A stretch of DNA of 35,409 nucleotides from a bacterium. Lineage in GTDB: Bacteria; Desulfobacterota; DSWW01. How positions within the stretch are numbered: the stretch's first letter is position 1; each line of letters starts with the position of its first letter. Below the pieces are notes generated by a model, which was not told where the DNA came from, searched no databases, and was given only the letters and a program-made list of their open reading frames with translations. Shown one piece after another: positions 9,187 to 17,266 of the stretch. The translations under genes were made by a program, and so were the position numbers. The stretch spans positions 1-35,409 of the forward strand of contig JBFLZG010000149.1 in assembly GCA_040756235.1 (NCBI GenBank), read 5' to 3'.

Positions 9187-9225
9187 TTGACTGCGGCTGC
9201 CCGTGTAGCCAATATCAGATCTGAT
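9187..9225 (+). promoter_or_regulatory. Promoter-like element plus a perfect palindrome in the acnA / radical SAM divergent spacer
   Basis: TTGACT-N17-CAATAT (9187-9215) overlapping the palindrome ATCAGATCTGAT (9214-9225). Confidence 0.45.
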
Positions 9226-9327
9226 CTCAGGCACAGGGGGCGCCCCAAAATGTTACCAGATCGAGAAGACCCTGTGGAAGCGTTCGCAGCCGGCCGGCAT
9301 TCATGGACGGCCTCCTGAGGAGGAGAC

Positions 9328-10473
9328 ATGCCGCTGGACTTCGAACAGGGCCCGATCCGGCCGCCGAGCGAGGCCAGGAGCCTGCTCGTCCGCGTGACGC
9401 GCGGCTGCCCCTGGAACCGCTGCGACTTCTGTCCCGTATACAAGAACGAGAAGTTCTCGGTGCGCGGCGTCGAGGAGATCCGCAGAGACATCGACACGGT
9501 GCGGGATATGGTCGGGCGCCTCCGGGAGATCTCCTGGGGCGCAGGCCTGGCCGGCCGGATCGACCGCCGGCTCGCGCAGTCGATCCTCGAGGACCCGGCC
9601 TGCTCGGAGAGCTTCCGCAGCGTGGCCCTGTGGGTCTACTACGGTATGGAGAGCGCCTTCCTCCAGGACGCCAACAGCCTCGTGATGAAGACGGCCGATC
9701 TCGTCGCAGTGGTCCGGCACCTCAAGGAGTCCTTCCCCGAGATCCGGCGGATCACGAGCTATGCGAGATCCCAAACCCTGGCCCGCACGCCGGTAGAGGC
9801 CCTGCGTTCTCTCCGGGAAGCCGGGCTCGACCGGATTCACGTGGGGCTCGAGTCCGGCAGCGACTCGGTGCTCTCCGACGTCCGCAAAGGCACGACGGCG
9901 GCCCAGCAAGTCGAAGGGGGGCGGAGAGTGATTGCGGCGGGAATCGAGCTGTCCGAATACGTGATGCCCGGCCTCGGCGGCAAGCTTCTGAGCAGGGAGC
10001 ACGCCCTGGAGACGGCCCGCGTGCTCAACGCCATCAACCCGGATTTCATCCGGCTCCGGTCTCTGGCCCTCCCGCAAGCCACCCGGCTGCGCGAGAGGTG
10101 GGAGGCAGGGGAGTTCGAGCGGCTGAGCGACGAGGAGATCGTGCGGGAGATCCGGCTTTTCGTCCAACACCTGGAAGGGATCACGAGCCATCTGGCCAGC
10201 GACCACGTCCTGAACCTGCTCGAGGAGCTGGAAGGACGGCTTCCGGAGGACAAGCTCCGGCTCCTGGAAGCCATCGACCGCTTCCTGGCTCTCCCTTCCG
10301 AGGAGCGCATGCTCTTTCAGCTCGGCCGCCGGATCGGCCTGTTCCGCTCTCAGGCCGATCTCGAGCACCCCGGTCTTCGCGCTCGCGCCCAGGCCGTTCG
10401 AGAGCAGCTCGGGGCAGACTCGCAGGAGGAGCTGGAGGAGAAGATCCGGTCCCTCACCGAGCGCTTCGTCTGA
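9328..10473 (+). CDS. Radical SAM protein (stand-alone, substrate unknown)
   Basis: CxxxCxxC motif GCPWNRCDFC; IRPPSEA, FLQDAN, IHVGLESG, VMPGLGG, SDHVLN; RBS GAGGAGGAG. Confidence 0.9.
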   Translation: MPLDFEQGPIRPPSEARSLLVRVTRGCPWNRCDFCPVYKNEKFSVRGVEEIRRDIDTVRDMVGRLREISWGAGLAGRIDRRLAQSILEDPACSESFRSVALWVYYGMESAFLQDANSLVMKTADLVAVVRHLKESFPEIRRITSYARSQTLARTPVEALRSLREAGLDRIHVGLESGSDSVLSDVRKGTTAAQQVEGGRRVIAAGIELSEYVMPGLGGKLLSREHALETARVLNAINPDFIRLRSLALPQATRLRERWEAGEFERLSDEEIVREIRLFVQHLEGITSHLASDHVLNLLEELEGRLPEDKLRLLEAIDRFLALPSEERMLFQLGRRIGLFRSQADLEHPGLRARAQAVREQLGADSQEELEEKIRSLTERFV

Positions 10474-10923
10474 AGAAGATCGAGCGACGGGCCAGGAAGA
10501 AAGTGTAAGCACGGGATTTCAGCCGTGTGTCAGAGCCTGAGGACCCGAAAGGCCCGGCTCGAAGCGGGCGGTTTTCCACGAGTGTCGAGGCAAGCCCCTC
10601 CCGCAGAGGCGAGATTCCACCCCGCCCGAAGGACCGTCGAAGGCAACGACGAGACGACCTTTCATGGTCTTTCTCAACCGGCTCCTTCGACTTCGAAGGG
10701 CTCCTGAGCGCCCTCTCTCCACGCACAACCGTGTGAACCGTCAGAAGCGGGTTCCGGTGCCGTTCCGCAGCCCGGCCGGCATCCGGCGGCCGGAGCGATG
10801 ACGAGATTGTAATGAAATCCGCAGCGAACGGGCCCCGGAGCGATCCTGCCACGCGTACAAAATCTGTAGCCGAGTCAAATGCTTAGTACTCATATCTGGA
10901 ATTCTGCCGGTGCCGTGCCAGGT

Positions 10924-10939
10924 GGGCACGACTCTTGCT
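10924..10939 (+). promoter_or_regulatory. Sigma54 (RpoN) -24/-12 promoter
   Basis: GGGCACGactcTTGCT versus consensus TGGCACG-N4-TTGCW, with exact GG-N10-GC spacing; AT-richer sequence upstream. Confidence 0.65.
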
Positions 10940-11389
10940 GATTCTTGCCTTCGCCCGAGAGAGATCGGCTCGGGTTGCAGACCCGGGGGGGAACAGGATG
11001 GAGCCGCGCAGCCGCCGGATCGATGTGCCAGTTGCGCCGTCCGCGGGGTCCATCTCTTCCTGCCTGCCGTTATTGCCATTTTCTGCCAGCTGGTCCCAAT
11101 CCGCTATCCACCCTCACCCAGCTCGATTCTCTCGTCTGCTTTGCCGCTCGGGTCGGTGACGGTCCCGGAGCGAGCGGAGGGTGCGGGCGAGGTTCCCTTT
11201 GCGGACCGGGCTCCTGAGAGGGGGTGCGGTCCGGGCGGATTGCCGTCGGGGCGCATCGCACTCTGCACTTCCCCGCCAGGGCTTCTGCCGCAGATGGGTC
11301 GTGTCTGGAAAACCGATCGCCAGAGAGCCCTTGGCGACTCTGGATGATCTCAGCAGGACTTTCTCACGGGGAAGTCCAAGGAGGCCTTC

Positions 11390-12193
11390 ATGTTCGGAAG
11401 ATTCCTCTGCGTTTGCATGGTCATCATATGCTCGGCGCCGCTCGTACCGAGCCTCACCCACGGAGCTACCCCGATTGCCTGTGACGACTTCGAAGGAGGC
11501 TCGAGCTGGAATTACTCCAGCAAGTGGGACAGCGGGGATGCGCTGGCTGACGAATGGTCGATCTGCTCCAACGAGAAGAAGAGCGGGAGCTACTGCGTAC
11601 AGTCCAAGCCGCCGGGAGACCCCGTGTGGGCAGCGGACTCGGTGTTCTGCAAGAGCCTCCCTACGAGCGGAAACGAGATCTTCATCCGCTTCTGGTTCAA
11701 GGCCGGGCCCAACATGAACAACTGCCTGTTCGAGTTCATGCGGCTCACGGCGGTCAGCGGATCCGATGAGATCGAGATCGGTACCGGATATCCGTGCGGC
11801 ACGAACTGCACCGCTCACTGTTACAGCCCCTCCCAGGGCATCAACGTGTCCAACGGCTGGCTCAATCCGACCACGGCCACGAGCTGGACCGAGTACGCCA
11901 TGTACATCAACTACTCGCAAAAGCGATTGATCTTCTGGAGGAATGCGCAGAGCTACACGGAGAGCGATGCGAGCGCCGTGGTCATCCCGTTTCAGTTCGT
12001 CAACAAATACAACCGCATCCTCCTGGGCGCGTACTACAAGCAATGGAACCCGTCGACAGGCAGGACCGGGTCGACCTTTTGGATGGACGACGTCGAAGTG
12101 TGGAACGGAATCCCGGACCAGGACTCGCCCCCGCCTCCTCCCTCCGAGGAGCCCCTCGGGAAGCCCGGCAGACCGGCTCTCGTGAGTCAATGA
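11390..12193 (+). CDS. Secreted beta-jelly-roll (ConA/LamG or polysaccharide lyase-like) protein with Pro-rich tail
   Basis: RBS AAGGAGG; signal peptide; DDFE near the N-terminus, EIFIRFWF, SWTEYAMY and FWMDDVEVW pattern typical of ConA-like sandwiches; Cys-rich; tail DSPPPPPSEEPLGKPGRP. Confidence 0.75.
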   Translation: MFGRFLCVCMVIICSAPLVPSLTHGATPIACDDFEGGSSWNYSSKWDSGDALADEWSICSNEKKSGSYCVQSKPPGDPVWAADSVFCKSLPTSGNEIFIRFWFKAGPNMNNCLFEFMRLTAVSGSDEIEIGTGYPCGTNCTAHCYSPSQGINVSNGWLNPTTATSWTEYAMYINYSQKRLIFWRNAQSYTESDASAVVIPFQFVNKYNRILLGAYYKQWNPSTGRTGSTFWMDDVEVWNGIPDQDSPPPPPSEEPLGKPGRPALVSQ

Positions 12194-12634
12194 CCCTTGC
12201 CTGCCCTCGCACCGACCCTGCACTCGGCTCGCCATCCTGAAGATTCCTCCTGCGCAGGCTCCGGCCCGAAGCCGGAGCCTGCGTCGGCGCAATGCCTTTG
12301 CTCCCTCTGCTGGCCCGAAGAGGCCAGCCCCCCCGGTCTTGCCGTGACCGCTCTCTTTTCAGCGGGGGTGGGTGTTGCGGCGATTTGCGGGGCGAATCGC
12401 GGCGGCCCGCCCCGAGGCCCGAAGGCCGGTGGAACGCAGCGCTGTTTCCCGATATCTCGCCCTCGTAGCCCGACTCTCTTAGAGTCGGGCTAGGCGGTGT
12501 GCCCCGATACACCCGGCCCGGGCTGAGGGGCGAAAAAGGCCGCAGCGTTCTGAGCCCCGGCAAATCCAGCCGGAATACCCACCCCTGCTGAAAAAGCATG
12601 TACTGGAAGAGTGCATGCCGTGCATCCTCCCGCC

Positions 12635-12666
12635 GGAAAAACTTTCTCCGAAGGTTCTCCGTTCTT
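12635..12666 (+). promoter_or_regulatory. Putative ECF sigma promoter upstream of the VIT gene
   Basis: GGAAAAAC-N17-CGTTCT, i.e. AAC (12640-12642), 17 nt, CGT (12660-12662): the generic ECF -35/-10 signature. Confidence 0.5.
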
Positions 12667-12729
12667 ACTTCAGGAGCTCGGTCCGGGCTCTGCAAGCCCT
12701 GGAAACCTGAACACGGAGGATTTCGCGGG

Positions 12730-15198
12730 ATGAAGAGGAACGGAAAGCGCGCAATCGCGTCTCGTGCGACCCTGTTTTCGCTGGTCTGTTGCGTATCGGC
12801 GGCCCTGTGCGGCCGCCCCTGCCCGGTGCAGGCCCAGCCGGTAGACCGCTCGGCGGCCGCAGGTGCGCCGGAAGCCGAGCCCGGGCCCGGAACGGGCGAG
12901 ATGCTGGCCGTCCCGCAAGGCGGGAAAGAGCCGGTGCCCCTTCCTCTCCGGCACACCCGGATGGAAGCGCACCTCACCGGAATCGTGGGAACGGTCAGCG
13001 TCGAGCAGGTCTTCGGGAACCCTTACGACAAGCCCATCGAAGCGGTCTACGTCTTTCCCCTGCCCCACGACGCGGCGGTCTACGCCATGCGCATGCGCAT
13101 CGGGGAGCGCACCGTCGAGGGCGAGATCAAGCGGCGTGAGGAGGCACAGGAGCTCTACCGGCAAGCGCGGCAGGCCGGGAAGACCGCTTCCCTGCTGGAC
13201 CAGGAGCGGCCCAACATCTTCACGCAATCCGTGGCCAACATCCTGCCGGGCGACGACATCCGGGTGGAGATCTCCTATTTCCACGACATCACGTACAGAG
13301 AGGGCCGGTACGAGCTCGTCTTCCCCATGGTCGTGGGGCCCCGGTACATCCCTGGAAACGCTTCAGGCCGGACCGGGAGCGGCTGGTCGCCGGATACCGA
13401 CCGGGTGGCGGACGCCTCCAGGATCTCGCCTCCCCTTCTGCCGCCCGGCGTTCGCTCGGGTCACGACATCGAGCTCGTCGTGGACCTCGACGCGGGCGTC
13501 CCCATCCGGGACCTGGAGACGCCCAGCCACGCCATCCAGGTCGCACGGCAGGGACCTTCCAGGGCCGTGGTGACGCTCGCCGCGAACGACCGGATCCCGA
13601 ACAAGGATTTCGTGCTGCGCTGGAAGACGGATACGAAGGGTCCCGTGGCCGGCTGGATGGCCCACAACGGTGAGCTGGGAGGCTATTTCCTCATGGTGAT
13701 CCAGCCCGATGCCCGCATCCCCAGGTCCGAGACGGTCCCCCGGGAGTACGTGTTCGTCATCGATACGTCCGGGTCCATGCACGGCTTTCCCCTGGACCAG
13801 TGCAAGAGGGTGCTCGAGAAGTGCCTGGCCGATCTCGACGGGGGAGATACTTTCCAGGTCGTCCTGTTCGCAGGCGCGGCCTCGACCTTCGCTCCCGGCC
13901 CGGTGGCGGCCACGGCCGAGAACGTCAGGAGGGCCCTCGAGTACGCGAACGCGGCCGGAGGCGGCGGCGGGACCGAGTTCCTGCCTGCCCTGGAAAAGGC
14001 GCTGAACCAGCCGGAGGACCCGAAGAGGTCCCGCATCGTCCTGTTTCTGAGCGACGGGTACATCGGATACGAAGCGGAGGTGCTCAAGTACATGAGGGAG
14101 CATCGAGGCCGGACGAACCTCTTCCCGTTAGGAGTCGGCACCAGCGTCAACCGCTATCTCATCGACGCCATGGCCCGCGTCGGCCAGGGAGAGCCCTTCT
14201 ACATCACGCCGGATGAAAATCCGGACGAGGTCGTGGAGCGCTTCTTTGCTTATGTATCGCGGCCCGCCCTGACCCATGTGGAGCTGGAGTTCCAAGGGAT
14301 CGAGGTGCTCGAGCCCATGCCCGCGCGGCTGCCGGACCTCTTTGCAGGTCGGCCGCTTTCGGTCGTGGGGAAATACGACGACGCCGGCCGGGGCAAGGTC
14401 GTCCTGCGCGGCTGGCTCGCCGGAAAGGCCTGGCAGCAGACGCTCGAGGTCGAGCTGCCGGAGTCGGCCCCCGGCAATCCGGGCCTCGCGCGCCTCTGGG
14501 CCAGGCGCGCCATCGAGGAGTGGAGTGATCGGCAGGCCGTGAGAGAGATCGCGGAAGAGACCGCCCGGAAGCAGGTCACCGAGCTCGCGCTGCGCTACAG
14601 TCTGATGAGCGCCTATACGAGCTTCGTGGCGATCGACTCGCAGGTTCGAAACACGAGCGGGGACAGCCGGACCGTCGCGGTGCCGGTCCCGCTGCCGGAC
14701 CAGGTGAGCCCTCTGGCAGCGCCGCCCCACGCCTACGCGGGGGGAGCGGTCGCGATGCAGAGGACCATGGGGTTCTCCGTCTGCGAAGAACGCAAGGCGA
14801 AGTGCGCCGACCGCGCGGCCCCTGCCGAGAGCGCGCTCACGGGACCGGACGGATCCGCCCCGGCGGCCACAGCCCCCGACAAGGAAAAGGCGGCGGCACG
14901 CCTGCGGGTTGCCGGTGTCCGGGTCAAAGGCGGGATCGAAGAGCAGGCCGCTCGTTCCGTTCTCGAGGAGGCCCTCGAAAAATGGTCCGAAGAGCAAGCC
15001 CTCTCGAGCCTCCGGGGGACCCTCGTCCTGGCCCTGGAGATCCTGCCGGACGGCAAGGTCGGCCGTGCCTGGACCAGGGATGAAAGGCTGGTCGGGGAGG
15101 CGCCACTCGAAAAGCTTCTGGAGCGGGCGCGAGGCCTCGTCTTTCCTGCGAGCGAGGTGAAGTCCGTGGTCCTTGTCGAGCTCGCCTGGGAGGTCTGA
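12730..15198 (+). CDS. Secreted VIT + vWA domain protein with C-terminal TonB-C/AgmX-PglI-like (after-VIT) domain
   Basis: RBS GGAGGA; signal peptide; VIT (EAVYVFPLPHDAAV, LLDQERPNIFTQSVANILPG); vWA MIDAS DTSGSM, GGGTE, FLSDG; LALRYSLMSAYTSFVAID; C-terminal GTLVLALEILPDGKV...LVFP. Confidence 0.88.
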   Translation: MKRNGKRAIASRATLFSLVCCVSAALCGRPCPVQAQPVDRSAAAGAPEAEPGPGTGEMLAVPQGGKEPVPLPLRHTRMEAHLTGIVGTVSVEQVFGNPYDKPIEAVYVFPLPHDAAVYAMRMRIGERTVEGEIKRREEAQELYRQARQAGKTASLLDQERPNIFTQSVANILPGDDIRVEISYFHDITYREGRYELVFPMVVGPRYIPGNASGRTGSGWSPDTDRVADASRISPPLLPPGVRSGHDIELVVDLDAGVPIRDLETPSHAIQVARQGPSRAVVTLAANDRIPNKDFVLRWKTDTKGPVAGWMAHNGELGGYFLMVIQPDARIPRSETVPREYVFVIDTSGSMHGFPLDQCKRVLEKCLADLDGGDTFQVVLFAGAASTFAPGPVAATAENVRRALEYANAAGGGGGTEFLPALEKALNQPEDPKRSRIVLFLSDGYIGYEAEVLKYMREHRGRTNLFPLGVGTSVNRYLIDAMARVGQGEPFYITPDENPDEVVERFFAYVSRPALTHVELEFQGIEVLEPMPARLPDLFAGRPLSVVGKYDDAGRGKVVLRGWLAGKAWQQTLEVELPESAPGNPGLARLWARRAIEEWSDRQAVREIAEETARKQVTELALRYSLMSAYTSFVAIDSQVRNTSGDSRTVAVPVPLPDQVSPLAAPPHAYAGGAVAMQRTMGFSVCEERKAKCADRAAPAESALTGPDGSAPAATAPDKEKAAARLRVAGVRVKGGIEEQAARSVLEEALEKWSEEQALSSLRGTLVLALEILPDGKVGRAWTRDERLVGEAPLEKLLERARGLVFPASEVKSVVLVELAWEV

Positions 15199-15304
15199 GC
15201 CTGGCTCGAGCAATGGCGCAAGGGGGGAGAGAAGGGCCGCGCAGCCCATTCCTTCCCCCCTTGCCCTTGGAGGCGGGGTACGATTGAGGTATAAGTCAGC
15301 AGGG

Positions 15305-15994
15305 ATGTTTCGAGATGCTTTTCCTCATCGCGCTCCCGATGACTGCCTGAAGAGGACGGACTTGGGCGGAACCGCACCTGAGCTCGGGGCTCCCGGCGGA
15401 TGGATCGACCGGAGCGACGAAGACCTCATGCTGGCTTACAGGAGAGGCGAGACCGCAGCCTTCGAAGCGCTTCTCAGGCGCCACGAGAGAGGGGTCTATC
15501 GCTTCGCGCTGCGGTTTCTCGGCGACCGGATGAAGGCCGAAGAAGTGACGCAGGAGAGCTTTCTGAGGATCATCCGGGCCGCCTCGCGCTACGAGCCCCG
15601 CGCGAGCTTCCGTGCGTATCTGTACCGGATCGCGAGGAACCTGTGCCTGGACTTGGTCCGCAGGAAGCCGCGGGAGATGCGCGCAGCGGATCGTCCGGCG
15701 GACTGCGGCGCCGCCGGCCTGGAGGAGGCTGCCGATCAGCGCCCGGGCCCTGAGAGCCGGGCAGGGGCGGACCAGATGCGCGCTTTGATCGGGCGGGCCC
15801 TGCGGAGACTGCCCCCGGAACAGCGAGAGGTGTTCCTGCTCAAGGAAGTGCGGGAGATGAGTCTCCAGGACGTGGCCGAGGTGACCGGAGCGAACCTGAA
15901 TACGGTCAAGAGCAGGCTTCGCTATGCTCTGCTCCGTCTGCGGGAAGAGCTCGAGAGTCAGGGAATCGGCGGGGAGATCGGCGATGCGTTGTAA
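15305..15994 (+). CDS. ECF RNA polymerase sigma factor
   Basis: SDEDLM...AFEALLRRH, AEEVTQESFL, FRAYLYRIARNLCLD (region 2); LPPEQREVFLLKE...GANLNTVKSRLRYA (region 4). Start codon uncertain. Confidence 0.92.
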   Translation: MFRDAFPHRAPDDCLKRTDLGGTAPELGAPGGWIDRSDEDLMLAYRRGETAAFEALLRRHERGVYRFALRFLGDRMKAEEVTQESFLRIIRAASRYEPRASFRAYLYRIARNLCLDLVRRKPREMRAADRPADCGAAGLEEAADQRPGPESRAGADQMRALIGRALRRLPPEQREVFLLKEVREMSLQDVAEVTGANLNTVKSRLRYALLRLREELESQGIGGEIGDAL

Positions 15995-17024
15995 GAAATG
16001 CGAGGCAAAGCTCCTGGAGTACCTCTACGGCGAGCTGAGCGCCGGCGAGGCGGCCGAGATGGAGCGGCACCTGGCCGACTCCGAACCGTGCCGTGAGGTC
16101 TGCAGGAACTTCCGGGAGACCCTGAATCTCGTGTCCGTGCAGGAGGAGTCGGACTCCTTCCCGGAAGCGCTCCACACCCGCATCCTGGCCCATGCGGAGG
16201 AGGGGGCCAGGCAGAGTGCGGTGCCCTCCAGGCGATGGGCCTGGCTGTTCCGACCCGCTCTTGCAACCGCCATGGTCGCGGTGATCGCCGCGGGCGTCTA
16301 CCTCTACAGCATCCGATCGAAGGAGGCCTTCGATCGGGAAAGACTGACGGTGCACCAGGAAGCGGCGCGTGAGGCACTTCAGGAGTACGCTCCTCGGCCG
16401 GAAAAGAAGGAAACGGGAAGAAAGGAAAAGTCTCCGGAGAGTCCTGCAGCGTCTGCACCGGCCCTGGACAGGGAAGTGGCCGCCCCTCCCGAGGAGCAGG
16501 AGAGCCGTCCTCCGCAGGTCGGGCTCTCCGCGAGGGGCCCGCAGCGGGAGCCCCAGGCAGAGGAGGCGGAACCGCCGGCAAAGGGAGCGGAACCTGTGCC
16601 GAGCCCGAAGGGATTCGCGGCCGACGCGACGGGCGGGGCCGGCAGCATGGAGGCAGACAGCGGGTACCGGCCGCCTCCAGAGGCTGCGGCTCCTGCTCCG
16701 CCTCCGGCCCTTGAGAGGCGAAGCGCTTTGAAGTCGGAGGCGGAGCCTGCGTTGTCCCCGGCGGATGCACGGCTGCCGGGCCCTCTGCAGGAAGCCGTGG
16801 AAGCTGCCGGCCAGGGGCGCTGCGCAGATGCGGCGAGGCTCGTCGAGGCCTATGCTCGGGCCCGCCCGGGCGACGAGGCGAGCGGTCGGGCGTGGCTCGA
16901 GATCGCCCGCTGCTATAGCGGGAAGGGCGACAAGATACGAGCCCGCGAGACGGCCGACAAGGCGCTCGCCTTCCGTGGGAGCGCCGAAGAAGCTGTGGCC
17001 TTCCTGCAATCGCTAGAACCGTAA
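15984..17024 (+). CDS. Membrane anti-sigma factor: zf-HC2-like N-terminus, one TM helix, Pro/Ala/Glu linker, C-terminal TPR-like helices
   Basis: Overlaps the sigma stop codon. MRCKKC..LLEYLYGELS..HLADSEPC; TM LATAMVAVIAAGVYLYSI; C-terminal AWLEIARCYSGKGDKIRARE. Confidence 0.85.
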   Translation: MRCKKCEAKLLEYLYGELSAGEAAEMERHLADSEPCREVCRNFRETLNLVSVQEESDSFPEALHTRILAHAEEGARQSAVPSRRWAWLFRPALATAMVAVIAAGVYLYSIRSKEAFDRERLTVHQEAAREALQEYAPRPEKKETGRKEKSPESPAASAPALDREVAAPPEEQESRPPQVGLSARGPQREPQAEEAEPPAKGAEPVPSPKGFAADATGGAGSMEADSGYRPPPEAAAPAPPPALERRSALKSEAEPALSPADARLPGPLQEAVEAAGQGRCADAARLVEAYARARPGDEASGRAWLEIARCYSGKGDKIRARETADKALAFRGSAEEAVAFLQSLEP

Positions 17025-17266
17025 TGCAAGAATTCAGAAGTACGGCGAACGTGTTCTGTGCTCTTTACAGCCAGCCCCGAGGGGCCATGGCAACTGATGG
17101 GCCAAGAAGCTGAATCTCGCGAGCGAGCCTTGCACCCCCGGGTCGCCCAGGCGGAATGGCATCCCGCGAGCGTGGCGACCCACCTGTAACCTGGAGGTTG
17201 CCACGGCCCGCTGGGCCTCGCAATCTCCGGCACCTTGCGGCCAGTCGCCCGCGCCGCAAGGCTCTC

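Noticed and set aside
10530..10565. Hammerhead-like CTGAGGA followed by a short stem
   Set aside because: The required GAAA after stem II and a compatible stem III / cleavage triplet are not present.
10640..10730. Glycine riboswitch-like words on the minus strand (TGGAGAGA...CGAAGGAGC)
   Set aside because: No correctly placed CTCTCAGG, and no downstream gene on that strand.
10935..11347. Small ORFs in the leader downstream of the sigma54 promoter
   Set aside because: No convincing RBS or protein-like composition; not called, though a small peptide cannot be excluded.
12598..12729. Upstream extension of the VIT ORF (and similar extensions of acnA, the ECF sigma, pyrF, gamma-CA and SCP2 ORFs)
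   Set aside because: Downstream starts have better RBS or domain boundaries, and the extensions overlap promoter-like or repeat sequence.
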